64,000 bases of DNA from Hypanus sabinus (Eukaryota): positions 4,898,001-4,962,000 of the forward strand of contig NC_082717.1 of assembly GCF_030144855.1 (NCBI RefSeq), in the 5' to 3' direction. The notes under the pieces were generated by a model, which was not told the DNA's origin, did no database searches, and saw only the letters and a list, made by a program, of their open reading frames with translations. A program made the position numbers and the translations under genes. Below are positions 25,687 through 38,604 of the stretch, one piece after another. Positions within the stretch are counted from its first letter, which is position 1. Every line of letters begins with the position of its first letter.

Positions 25687-27849
25687 ATTGAAAATTTTTA
25701 AGGTTATGAGCTGACACTAGCAAATGGGACTAGCTAGAATGGGGCATCTTGGTTGGCAAGCACCAGTTGGGCCAAAGGGCCTGTTTCTGAGCTGTATGAT
25801 TCTGACTATTGATTATGTACAAGATAAAGAGCATAGGAAGAGCCGATTCAGTGAGACTTGATCTCTCTGTGGGACGGTCTTAACTCTGCACAACTTTCCC
25901 TGCCTCTTCTCAGTTATTCAGCAAATTTTCAATGCAGATTTAAGTCTGAATAAAAGGACATAAGAGCATTTGCAGATGTGGGAAATGTTGTGTAAAACAC
26001 ACAAATGCACAGGCAGCATCTGTGTAGAGGAATGAACAGAATAAGAATCAGGTTTATTATCACCTGCATGTGACGTGAAATTTGTCAACTTAGCAGCAGC
26101 TGTTCAATGCAATATATAATCTAGCAGAGAGGTAATAATAATAAATAAATAGATTACATGTATTGAATACATTTTAAACATGATGTTAAAAGATCCAAAG
26201 ATGTTAAAGGACTATAAGTTCAAAAGAAATCACCACACAGTTTCCACAAATCCCCAGGGTCCCGACAGACTCGCTATCCCACACCGACGGCAGAAGGGAA
26301 TACCCCCACTATGGACTTCCACGGCGCTGCCCGACTCAGCCTCGCAGACGCAGCACACACCGGAAGCGACCTGACCGCAGCAGACTCCGAGTCCATCGAA
26401 CCTCCGAGCCGATGACCATCCCCTCTGGCACAGCTTCTCCAAGCACCATCCTCTGCCGAGCGTATTAATACGGCCCCACCAACGGCCATCGGCAACGTGA
26501 CCCCGAGGACTGGGGGCCTGTTCTTCCCAGCAGAGTCCTGGACCTCACAGCAGCAGCAGCAATGAAGAAGGTCTTCCTGGAGATTTCCAGATGTTCCTCC
26601 ATGCTCCCACGTCCGTTTTCAATCAATTATGATTGCGCACGGCACCTGGCTTCACAAATAACAGATAATCAGCTCCGGAGTGGCTGCTGCAAGCTGTGTC
26701 GTGCCACCATCTTGGAAATCAATCTTGGAGTTCAGATACAAATGCTGGAAATGCTCAGGAAAATTCACTGGCACAATCTGGCAACAAACAGATGAAAACA
26801 CAGGACTGAAATACACTGAGCAATAAACAGAGAGGCAGATGATAGGTGGAGCACAATGAGACAGAAGTGGCAGCAAAACCGGTAATAATGAGAAACAGGT
26901 GAGAGGTGGAGTACTCAGTAATACAGGGGTCAGAGTAGAGCAGGAGCAGGGACAGAAGCACATGGGGCATGAAAACAAACATGAGCAGATGGCAATACAA
27001 AACCACAGACTGACGGCTAAGGGGAAAACACACAAAAAGACGAAGTTAAAATGGAGGTACTGACACTGGGTCTGTCCTCGCAGGAATTTAGAAGGATGAC
27101 GGGGAATCTCATTGAAACCTTTCAAATGTTAAAAAGCCCAGACAAAGTAGATGTGGAAAGGATGTTTCCCATGGTGGGTTAGCCCAGGACTAGAGGGCAC
27201 AGCCTCAGGATAAAGGGGTATCCATTTAAAACAGAGATGCAGAGAAATTTCTTTAGTCAGAGGATGGTGAATTTGTGGAATTTGTTACTACAGGCATCTG
27301 TGGAGGCCAAGTCGCTGTGTAATTTTAAGGCAGTGATTGACAGGTTCTTGATTGGACACTGCATCAAAGGTTATGGGGAGAAGGCTGGGGAGTGGGGTTG
27401 AGGAGCATAAAAAAAGGATCTGCAATGATTGAGTGAAAGAGCTGATTCGATGGGCTAAATGCCTTAATTCTGCTCCTATGTCTAATGGTTTCAACTCCAC
27501 ACCCCTCTCACATCCCTACCTGGAACTATCTTACATCCCACCTCAGTCCACCAATCACCTCGTAATACTTTCACACCACTGCCCTTCTCCCCTTCATTCT
27601 GGTCATCTCCCCTCTCCCCTTCTGCTGGGTTCTTTCCTCAGCAGTTGAAACAGCCAGATGTTAAAAGCAATGTCACTCAGCTTCTGAAATCCTATACCAC
27701 AAGATGGGGAGTCAGAAGAATGATCCTCTCTGCTTCTTCTTTCTGTGTCCCAAATTACTGCTGCAAGAAAGATGTCCAAAGACTGAGCACATTGTCACAT
27801 GAAGTGTTCTGAACATCTGGTAAACTGGGGATAACACGACTTTGCTGAG

Positions 27850-27902
27850 ATGAGCAGCAGAGACTCTTCCTGGAGAGACTGATTTCCTGGGTGTTTCTGT
27901 GG
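27850..27902 (+). pseudogene. Decayed paralog of the 53657 leader exon
   Basis: atgagcagcagagactct...ttcctgggtgtttctgtgg|GTAAGT aligns to the 53657 exon but is 53 nt instead of 52, with an in-frame TGA (MSSRDSSWRD*). Confidence 0.7.
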
Positions 27903-29480
27903 GTAAGTTAAAGGGTGTTTCCATGGTATGTATCTGTGTGTTTCTGTGGGTACATACCTGTGTGTTTCTGTGAGTGTGTATCTGAGTATTTCTGTGAGTA
28001 TGTATCTGAGTGTATCTGTGGGTACGTACCTGTGTGTTTCTGTGAGTATGTACCTGTGTGTTTCTGTGGGTATGTACCTGTCTGTTTCTGTGAGTATGTA
28101 CCTGTATGTTTCTGTGGGTATATACCTGTCTGTTTCCGTGAGTGTGTATCTGAGTGTTTCTGTGTGTATGTATCCACGTGTTTCTGTGGGTGTGTACCTG
28201 TGTGTTTCTGTGGGTGTGTACCTGTGTGTTTCTGTTGGTATATACCTGTGTGTTTCTGTGGGTGTGTACCTGTGTTTCTGTGGGTATATACCTGTGTGTT
28301 TCTGTGGGTATGTACCTGTCTGTTTCTGTGAGTATGTACCTGTGTGTTTCTGTGGGTATGTACCTGTGTGTTTCTGTGGGTGTGTACCTGTGTTTCTGTG
28401 GGTATGTACCTGACTGTTTCTGTGGTACATACCTGTGTGTTTCTGTGGGAATGCACCTGTGTGTTTCTGTGGGTATATACCTGTGTGTTTCTGTGGGTAT
28501 GTACCTGTGTGTTTCTGTGGGTATATATCAGTCTGTTTCTGTGGGTGTGTACCTGTGTTTCTGTGGGTATTGTTACGAATGAAGGGAGCAAAGTCGACCC
28601 CCCCCCTTTTTGAGAATCGCAAGATCGCTATTATTTCAGGTCTGATACCCAGGAAATGAGAGAGATACACATCATGTCAGTGATGAGAGAGACAACACAG
28701 AATACACAAGGTGGAATGTCTCCTATTGGACAAAGAGAGAGACTACTGCTATTGTCTCTTGGAGAAGGAATTGTGTATTGAGTACTGTACTATTCATTGA
28801 AACCCCTCAGGGGACAACCAGAGTGGTCTGGTTGAGGGATTGCATCATCCCAACCTGATTGACATCTAACAACCCGTGAGTGAGGAGAAAAGGAGGGTCT
28901 GGGGAAACACCCCTCAGACGCACCGGGAGAAACGCTATGAGATTGGTGAGGGGGCTTGTGAGTGTGTCCACCCTTGCCTGGGTGACAAGTTCTCCATGGA
29001 ACGGTCTCGCTAAAGGACAGATACGGATCAAGATCGAAAAAAGGAAAGTCGGCAAGTTAATAGCTATTACTGCTTTCTCTCTATCTCGCTCTCTCTCCAA
29101 CAATTGCATCACAGCGACAAACAAACACTGGAACCTGTGTGAACTGAAACGAACTTTATATTTCCATCAGACAATTCAGTATCCCCTAGACAACAATAGA
29201 GCTTATTTCTTATTGATTATTATTATACCTGCACTTTTAGGTTTAGTATTGATGACATATATTATCTGTATATTTGCATTGATATTATTTTTTGTGTATT
29301 TTTACTAATAAATACTGTTAAAAGTAGCATCATCAGATTTGAATGGATACTCCTATCTTTGCTGGTAAGACACCCAGTTACGGGGTTCGTAACAGTATGT
29401 ACCTGTGTGTTTCTGTGTGTGTGTACCTGTGTGTTTCTGTGGTTATGTACCTGTGTGTTTCTCTGGGTGTGTACATGTGT
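27890..29480. repeat. 24-bp minisatellite (gtatgtacctgtgtgtttctgtgg, with shorter variants), split by a solo LTR
   Basis: Tandem units at ~27890-28570 and ~29395-29480. Confidence 0.9.
28571..29394 (+). mobile_element. Solo LTR (824 bp)
   Basis: Perfect 9-bp terminal inverted repeat TGTTACGAA...TTCGTAACA; 4-bp TSD GTAT (28567-28570 and 29395-29398); AATAAA at ~29307. Confidence 0.9.
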
Positions 29481-31574
29481 GCTTGTGTGGTGTTGGAATA
29501 TCTGTCACAGAATCTGAGATGGTTTGAGCTGTGGTGTGAGTCCTGCATTCTGTGTGAATCCTGTAATTGAAATGTTCTGTATGGAACACAAGTGTTTTTA
29601 GACTATCTGCTTAGTGATGACATTCTTGGGGTCCGTCCATCCTCACTGGAGTGAATCCCCTTTTTTTTCAGTCTCCACCCCTATGAACTCACTGGACAAT
29701 CCCGAAAGAATCTCTTCACAGAGCACATGTTCTTGCTCATATTGCACAGCTTCTGCTCCTGAACTGGAGCAAGACCAGTTGAGGGGAATTAGGCAGGATC
29801 AAGCATAGATTTGAATCAGAAACAAATATACCTGAAATACTTTGTGAAATTTGTTTCTCTGTGGAATCAGTACAATGCCATGTACAAAAATTACTTTGTT
29901 ACAAAATAATAATTGAGATAAAATATGAAAGGGGAATAATGAGGATCTTTTCATGCATTCATAGATTGTTCAAAAATCTGATGGCAGATGGAAAGAAACT
30001 TTCGAAAACATTGATTGTGAGTCTTCTGACTCCTGTCCAGCCTCCTTGATGGTAGTGTTGAGAAGAGGGTGATGGGTGGAGGGATAGGCAATGTTGGGAA
30101 ACAAGAAGTCTGCAGAAAGACTTGGTCAGATTGGGAGAATGGACAAACAAGTGGCAGATAGAAAACAGTGTAGGGAAGTGTGTGGACATCACGTTTTTGT
30201 ACAAGGAATAAAAGGGGAACAAATTCAGAAATCATAGTACAAAGGAATTGGGAATCCTAGTGCAGGATTCCTTAGTGGTTAACTTGCAGGCTGAGTCATT
30301 GATGAGACATTGATGAGTCATTGCAATGTTCATATTGATTGAGTATATTTATGTTTGTGTTTCCTGTGAATGCTGTTTATCTGAAGCTCTGTACCTGTGA
30401 TGCTGCTACAAGTAATTTGTCATTGCCCCTGTGTTTACATGGATAAATGATAAATTTGACTTTGACTTCATAAATTTGTGATTTGGTGCTCATATTGCAC
30501 AGATTCTCATATTGCACAATCAGCAGAGTGTTAGACAACACCACGGGCCACCAGGCTCAGGGACTTTTCCAGATCGGTTGAATTCACCGCTTGTGTGGTG
30601 GGATGAACTGTTGTCCTCGCCATGACCATGCATTTTGTTACCTGCCTGCACTGCCCATTCTCTGTCACTCTGACACTGTGTTCTCCATTCTGTCATTGCT
30701 TTTCCCTCACACTACCTCGAGGTTCTGATGTGGTGTGATGATCTGTACAGGGGGAATACACAACATGGGTTTTCACTCCACCTTGTCATGTGACAATAGG
30801 GAATTGTGAATGAGAAGTCTGCAACTTTGGAAAGATGCTTTGTCCCACAATATCCTCCAAATTCCTTCGAAGGAGAGGCAAGTTCCTCTTGTAGAGTAAC
30901 AGCTACACCCCTGGACAATTGGAAAACCGATGTCGGGCTGCTGTTTATTTATTACAGCTCAGTGTTCAACACCATCAATTTCCAAAACCTGGGTCTCTGT
31001 ACCTCTGTCTGCAACTGTGTCCTTGACATCTTCACCAGGAGACCGCAGTCAATGCGGATCGGGAACTACATCTCCTCCTCGCTGGGAATCCACACTGGTG
31101 CATGTCATGTCACTGAGTTTAGATATGGCCCAACTGCAGAGAGAGAGATACTGAAGTGGGTCGATAGTTCACAGACTTTAATGTAAATCTGGATTTGAAG
31201 GAAAAAGAAACCAATAAACGCCTGGGCAAACAGAGCCGTTAACACACCAAAACAAACACTGGATGTCAACACCGAAGCTGAAAGGAAAATCGAAATGTAA
31301 ATGCAGTACTGCTAGTCTCCAGCGTCAGTCAAATTAATTGTCCACTTTCTCAGGCAAGGTCAAATGCAAGTGGAGAGCAACATGTTGCTGTGCTTTGCTC
31401 AAGTCTTGACAAGTGAAGGAAGTTACATATCGTGATAACAAAACAGTAATTAGCTGAAATCAGCTGCATTTAAATCGAAGATAGAGACAGAGAGGGAAGA
31501 GGTAAAAGAAGCTCGGAGAGATGCTGGTTTTTAACTTATCGTGCCAAAGGTTTAAAAGAAAGACTGCCATATAC

Positions 31575-34500
31575 AGTGGCAATCGTCGTCGCAGCCATCG
31601 TCAGAGTGGACTGATGCTGAGTGGGACGGCTTTGACTCAATCAGGCTTCGACGAGAACAGGCAGAGGCGAGGTTTGAACGGGGCACGACTGTGCAAGCGC
31701 GTGAAAGTCGGCCTCTGAGATCAGCGGGGGAATTTAAAAAGCAAGCAGAGGCTGAGGACGAGCTTCACTCCAGGTGAGGTAAGGCTGGGTAAGCTCCTTT
31801 AATTAATCTAATTAGCTTTGGAGTAGGTAATGGAGGCAGCAGTTAGAGCAGATGAGTGCTCCGTTTGCAGTATGTGGGAAGTCAGGGCGAGCACAGCCGT
31901 CCCTAATGACGACACATACAAAAGGTGCGTCCAGCTGCAGCTCCTGACAAACCGTGTTAGGGAACTGGAGCTGGATGAACTTCGGATCACTCGGGGGGCA
32001 GAAGCAGAAATAGACAGGAGTTTCAGGGAGATAGTCACCCGTAGGAGTCAGGAGACAGGTAGTTGAGTGACTGTCAGGAGAGGGACAGGGAATAGACAGG
32101 AAGAGCAGAGCACCCCTGTGGTCGTTCCCATCAATAATAATTCTACAGTTTTGGATACTGTTGGTTGGGACGACCTACCAGGGACAAGTTGCAGTGGTTG
32201 CATCGCTGGCACCGGAACTTGACGCTCAGCTCGGACGAGAAGGAGGGAAAAGAGGAGAGCAGTAGTGATTGGAGATTTGATAGTTAGGGGGACAGATAGG
32301 AGGTTCTGTGGAAGAGATCGAGAATCCCAGATGGTCTGTTGCCTCCCTGGTGCCGGAGTCTGCGATATTTTGGATCGACTTCTCAGTATTCTCAAAAGAG
32401 GGAGTGAGCAGCCGGATGCCGTGGTCCATGTAGGGACCAATGATGTGGGTAGGAAGAGTGAGGAGGTCCTGAAAGGTGAGTTTAGGGAGCTAGGTGCCAA
32501 GTTAAAGGACAGGACCTCCAGGATAGCAATCTCAGGATTGCTACCAGTGCCACGTGCAGGTGGGTTTAGAAATAATAAGATAGTGCAGATCAACACATGG
32601 CTGAAGACATGGTGCAGGAGGGAGGGCTTCAGATTTATAGATAATTGGGCAGTTTTCCAGGGAAGGTGGGACCTGTTCCAGTGGGACGGTTTACATCTGA
32701 ACTGGAGAGGGACAAATATTCTTGCAGGTAGGTTTGCTAGAGAGGCTCCAGTGGATTTAAACTAGATACGGGGGTGGGGGTGGGGAGGGGGGAACCAGAG
32801 CGTAGGAACAGATGTATGGGAGAAGGAAGCAAAAGAAGCCAGTAAAGTTCTTTGTACTGTTAGAGATAAACAGAGAGGAAGAGGTGGAGAATATCTTAAC
32901 TGTATTTATTTTAATGTTAGGAGCATTATAATAAAGATGGGTGAGCTTAGAGCATGGATTGATACCTGGAAATATGATGTTGTAGCTATTGGTGAAACAT
33001 GGTTGCAGGAGGGGTGTGATTGGCAACTAAATATTCCTGGATTTTGTTGCTTCAGGTGTGATAGAACCGGAGGGACAAGAGGGGGTGGTGTTGCGTTACT
33101 TGTCAGAGAAAATATTACAGCAGTGCTCTGGCAGGATAGATTAGAGGGCTCGTCCAGGGAGGCTACTTGGGTGGAATTGAGGAATGGGAAATGTGTAGTA
33201 GCACTTATAGGGGTGTATTAGAGACCACCTAATGGGGAGCGAGAATTGGAGGAGCAAATTTGCAAGGAGATAGCAGATATTCGTAGTAAGCACAGGGTTG
33301 TGATTGTGGAAGATACTAATTTTCCACACATAGACTTGGAAGCCCATACTGAAAAAAGGGATGGATGTTTTGGAGTTTGTAAAATGTGTGCAGGATAGTT
33401 TTTTGTAGCAATACATAGAGGTACCGAATAGAGAAGGGGCAGTGTTGGATCTTCTGTTAGGGAATTAAATAGGTCAGGTGATGGAGGTATGTGTTGGGGA
33501 GCACTTCAGGTCCAGTGATCACAATTCCATTAGTTTCAATATAATTGTGGAGAAGGATAGGACTGGACCCAGGGTTAAGATTTTTGATTGGAGAAAGGCT
33601 AACTTTGAGGAGATGCGAAAGGATGTAGAGGGAGTGGATTGGGACAAATTGTTTTACAGGAAGGATGTAATAGAGAAATGGAGATATTTAAAGGTGAAAT
33701 TTTGAGGGTACAGAATCTTTATGTTCTTGTTAGGTAGAAAGGAAAGGTTAAAAGTTTGACAGAGCCATGGTTTTCAAGGGATATTGGAAACGGTTAGCAA
33801 AAAAGAGAGATATCTACAATAAATATAGGCAGCATGGAGTAAATGAGGTGCTTGAGGAATTTAAAGAATGTAAGAAGAATCTTAAGAAAGAAATTAGAAA
33901 AGCTAAAAGAAGATATGAGATTGCTTTGGCAAGTAATGTGAAAATAAATCCAAAGGGTTTCTACAGTTATATTAATAGCAACAGGATAGTGAGGGATTAA
34001 ATTGGTCCCTTAGAGATTCAGAGAGGACAGCTATGTGTGGAGCTGTAAGAGATGGGGGAGATTTTGAACAATTTTTTTTCTTCGGTATTCACTAAGGAGA
34101 ATGATATTGAATTGTGTAAAGTAAGGGAATTAAGTAGGGAAGTTATGGAAACTATGACGATTAAAGAAGAGGAAGTATTGGCACTTTTAAGGAATATAAA
34201 AGTGGATAAATCTCCAGATACTGACAGGATCTTCCCTAGGACCTTGAGGGAAGTTAGTGTAGAAATAGCAGGGGCTCAGACAGAAATATTTAAAATGTAA
34301 TTAGAAATAGGAATGGTGCTGGAGGATTGGCATATTGCTCATGTGGTTCCATTGTTTAAAAAGGGTTCTACGAGTAATCCTAGCAATTATAGGCCTGTCA
34401 GTTTGACGTCAGTGGTGGGTAAATTAATGGAAAGTATTCTTAGAAATGGTATATATATTTATCTGGATAGACAGGGTCTGATTATGAACAGTCAGCATGG

Positions 34501-35760
34501 ATTTGTGCATGGAAGGTCATGTTTGACAAATCTTATTGAATTTTTTGAAGAGGTTACGAGGAAAGTTGACAAGGGTAAAACAGTGGATGTTGTCTATATG
34601 GACTTCAGTAAGGCCATTGAAGATTAGAAGATTAGTTAGGAAGGTTCAATCGTTCGGTTTTAATATTAAAGTAGTAAAATGGATTAAACAGTGGCTGAAT
34701 GGGAGATGCCAGAGAATAGTGGTGGATAACTGTTTGTCAGGTTGGAGGCTCGTGACTAGTAGTGTGCCTCAGGGATCTGTACTGGGTGCAATGTGGTTTG
34801 TCATATACATTAATAATCTGGATGATGGGGTGTTAAATTGGATTAGCAAGTATGCAGATGATACTAAGCTAGGTGGCGTTGTGGATAATGAAGTAGGCTT
34901 TCAAGCTTACAGAGAGATTTAGGCCAGTTAGTAGAGTGGGCAGAACGATGGCAGATAGAGTTTAATGCTGATAAGTGTGAGGTGTTGCATTTTGGTAAGA
35001 ATAATCCAAATAGGATATTCATGGTAAATGGTAGGGCATTGAAGACTGCAGAGTGATCTAGGAATAATGGTGCATAGTTCCCTAAAGGTGGAATCTCATA
35101 TGGATAGGGTGGTGAAGAAAGATTTTTGTATGCTGGCCTTTATAAACCAGAGCTTTGAGTATAGGAGTTGGGATGTAATGTTAGAATTGTACAAGGCATT
35201 GGTAAGGCTGAATTTGGAGTACTGTGAACAGGTCTGGTCACCGAATTTTAGGAAAGATGTCAACAAAATAGAGAGTGTACAGAGAAGATTTACTAGAATG
35301 TTTCAGCAGCTAAATTACAGGGAAAGGTTGAACAAGTTAGGTCTTTATTCTTTGGAGCGTAGAAGGTTGAGGGGGGACTTGATAGAGGTATTTAAAATTA
35401 TGAGGGGGATAGTTAGAGTTGACATGGAGAGGCTTTTTCCATTGAGAGTATGGGAGGTTCAGACAAGAGGGCATGATTTAAGAGTTAGGGGGCAAAGGTT
35501 TAAGGGTAACATGAGGGGTAATTTCTTTACTCAGAGAGTTGTAGCTGTGTGGAATGATCTTCCAGTAGAACTGGTAGAGGCAGGTTTGGTATTGTCATTT
35601 TAAGTAAAATTGGATAGGTAAATGGACAGGAAAGGAATGGAGGGTTATGGGCTGAGAGCGGGCCAGTGGGACTAGGTGAGAGTAAGCATTTGGCATGGAC
35701 TAGAAGGACCGAGATAACCCGTTTTCATGCTGTTATTGTTATATGGTTATATCGTTATAT
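31575..35760 (+). mobile_element. Near full-length CR1 LINE (ORF1 zinc finger/coiled coil plus SGNH esterase; ORF2 APE endonuclease and RT), disrupted
   Basis: ECSVCSMWEV...RVRELE (31830..32066); GDLIVRGTDRRFC...VVHVGTNDVG (32265..32765); YDVVAIGETWL; NYRPVSLTSVVGKLME; YADDTKLGG; (gttat)n-type tail. Confidence 0.92.
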
Positions 35761-36182
35761 ATGGACATGTGCATTTTCCCAAATGGAATTTCTGAATTTT
35801 CTGCACAGCCCACTTGTGGACCCTGAAGCAGAGTCTGTGGTTGTGATGTTTCAGGGATGCATGCTTTGCAAACTGTCCTACTCTGTCTACACCCATGGGC
35901 TGTATGGTTATGCACAGCTCAAATGCCATCTCTAAATTTGCTGATGCCACAATTGTTGGCAGAATCTCAGATTGTGACAAAGTGACATACAGAAACAGGA
36001 TAGATCAGTTGGTTGTGTATTTTTGTAACAACAACTGGTTGTCAATGAGACAATAGAATTAATTGTGAATTTCAGGAAGGAGATGTCAAGGGAACACCTA
36101 CAGTCCTCATTGAGAGATTGGTAGTTAAGCAGGATTAGGGTACTAGGATGGCTAAAGAAGGAAGGGTAAAGTGTTGATTAGG

Positions 36183-36187
<5 letters not shown>

Positions 36188-36213
<26 letters not shown>
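36188..36213. repeat. (GT)n microsatellite
   Basis: About 13 GT units. Confidence 0.95.
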
Positions 36214-36214
<1 letters not shown>

Positions 36215-37008
36215 TACGTACACATGACAGTGGTGTACTTGTCACGTGACTGGGGTTGAAGCTATACTGGACTTGAGGTAATGGTCTTGTGATGGTGGAG
36301 GGACGTCATTTTCCTGCCAGTAGAGGTCATGTGACAGTTTCTTTTTACAGGGTATAAAAGGAGGACCCCTCCTTGTGAGGAGGGGCAGTTCGTGGTTGGA
36401 TTTGCCATGTTGACTTCATGCCACTGCGTGATTTAATGTGATGATGCAGTTTAGTTGAAAGATGAAGTTTTATTTAATGCCATAAGTTTAAAAGGTCATT
36501 GCCAGCAGTTTCTTTACAATACTGCTAGTTGAGAATCAGTGGAGAGTGAAGATCGGAGTTTGGGAGTTAAAGATCGAGGAGAATTGATTTTGACGGTGAA
36601 ACGAGTTTGACCTTGTTTGATCCTTATTCAGAAGGAATTCGTTGGCTGTTCTCGTGTTAATCTCTGCAAAATAGCAGAAAGGATTGAGGGTAGTGTGGTA
36701 AAGGGAAGGTCAGTGCCTTTAAGTCATTTCGTTTTGTAAATTCTTCGTGAGAAAAGTTCAATTTTGGGAACCGAAAGAACACGACGTGAAAGAGAATTTA
36801 AAATGTCTTAAAAAGTCTCTCCCTTAAATGGACTGTGAACATTTTAAACTTTTGGCAACACTACTTTAAAGAACTGTTTTTGCAATATCGCTTTAAGAAC
36901 TGTTTAAGCTGCCGCACAACAGCTGATTTCCAGTTACATTAGTGATTTGTTTACTTTTGGGGGGGTTTGTTTTCAGTGTTTAATAAATGTGTTATTTGTT
37001 ATAAAAAC
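36212..37008 (+). mobile_element. Probable LTR, truncated by the gap
   Basis: Starts TGTTACG; TATA-like gggtataaaag at ~36351; AATAAA at ~36982; the 3' end is lost in the N run. Confidence 0.55.
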
Positions 37009-37161
37009 NNNNNNNNNNNNNNNNNNNNNNNNNNNNNNNNNNNNNNNNNNNNNNNNNNNNNNNNNNNNNNNNNNNNNNNNNNNNNNNNNNNNNNNNNNNN
37101 NNNNNNNNNNNNNNNNNNNNNNNNNNNNNNNNNNNNNNNNNNNNNNNNNNNNNNNNNNNNN
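37009..37161. other. Assembly gap (153 N)
   Basis: Run of N. Confidence 1.
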
Positions 37162-37899
37162 NTTTAGGTCTATCATCTGATCCAAACTCTGGAATGGTCG
37201 GTGGCAGTAATGCACCATTATGCTGGGTGCCAACTGCCATAAAACAATGAAGAAGAAGAGAGATTGGCAGTGGGAAGGGTGAACAGCTTCAAGTTTCTGG
37301 TTCTCAAAATCTCTGAGGATCTATCCTGGGACCAATATATTGATGAAATTTCAAAGAAAGCATGATAATAGTGGTGGTATTTAATTAGCAGTTTCAGGAG
37401 ACTTAGTATGTCACTGTAAGTTCTCGCAAATTTCCACAGGTGTATTGTGAAGAGCATTCTAACTGGTTGCATCACCACCTGAGAGAGATATGGAGGTATA
37501 CATGGCAGGTCAGTTTGAGAAGGTGATGAGAAAAACATGCCATATTCCAGAACATTTTAAGAGAACAAAGAAGAGTTGGGTGGGGTGAGGTGACTGAACA
37601 TGTGAACATGAGAAGTCTAAAAGCCTGGGGAAGAAGCTGTTACTCAGCCTGATAGTTTTGGTTCTTTTGCTGTGGTACCTTCTGCCTGATGCCAGTATGT
37701 CAAATAGATAGTGGGAAGAATGGGTGGGGTCTTTGACAATGCTAGTGGTACCGAATATACAGAATTTCTGATAAATATCCTAAATGAATGGTGTGGGGCA
37801 GAGATCCCGATGATATTTTCAGCCGTCCTCACTGCCTGTTGCAGAATCTTGCAGACCTGTGGCACCCTTACCTAACAGGAGATAGTTGCTATGGAGTTG

Positions 37900-38604
37900 C
37901 AGTGAATTTTCACAGAACTGATTCATCTGATTATTAGTAGGTTTGTAGATAACATGAGGATTGATGGTGTTGTGGAGAGTGTAGAAGGTTGTTGTAGGTT
38001 ACAGACAGATATTGACATGATATGTAGCAGGGCTGAGAAGTGGCAGATGGAGTTCAACATGGAAAAGTGTGAAATCATACCCTTTGGAAGGTCAGACGTG
38101 AAGGCAGAGGACAGGTTAATGTCAGGGTTCTCAGCAGTGTGGTTCCACATCCATGGGTTCCTCAAAGTTGGCACAAAAATTATTCGGAAGGTGTATGGTG
38201 TATGGTGTTTTGGCCTTCATTAGTTAGAGGATTTTGTTCATGCAATATTGCAGGTCTATAAAATCCTGGTGAGACAGCACTTGGAATATTGCGTTCAGTT
38301 CTGGAAATCTTATTTATAGGAAAGATGTGGAACCTTTAGAGAGAGTGCAGAAATTTATCAGGATGTTGCCTTGAGAACTTGTCTTATGAGAAAAGGTTTG
38401 TGCAACCTTTAAGATAATGAGAGGCATTGATTGTGTGGATAGTCAGAGGCTTTTTCCCAGGTCTGAAATGGCTAGCTCAAGAAGCCACAGCTTTAAGGTA
38501 CTTGGAAGTAGGTAGAGAGGAGATGTCAGGGGTAAGTTTTTTAAGCAGAGTGCTGAGTGCATGGAATGGGCCGCTGGCGACGGTGGTGGGGGTGGATACA
38601 ATAG
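37900..38604 (+). mobile_element. CR1 3' fragment; resumes at 44209..44360 after the Gypsy insertion
   Basis: RLQTDID...EKWQMEFN (37954..38223); sequence is collinear across the insertion and ends in a ttctatgttt tail. Confidence 0.8.

Noticed and set aside
27795-28670. THPQKHTG / YLCVSVG repeat ORFs as genes
   Set aside because: They are translations of the 24-bp minisatellite; only the splice-donor relationship is retained as a finding.
29640-29810. Acceptor-like site conserved in both duplicated blocks (also ~54215)
   Set aside because: The phase-1 reading stops after 22 codons in the copy linked to the intact gene; the similarity is explained by the duplication.
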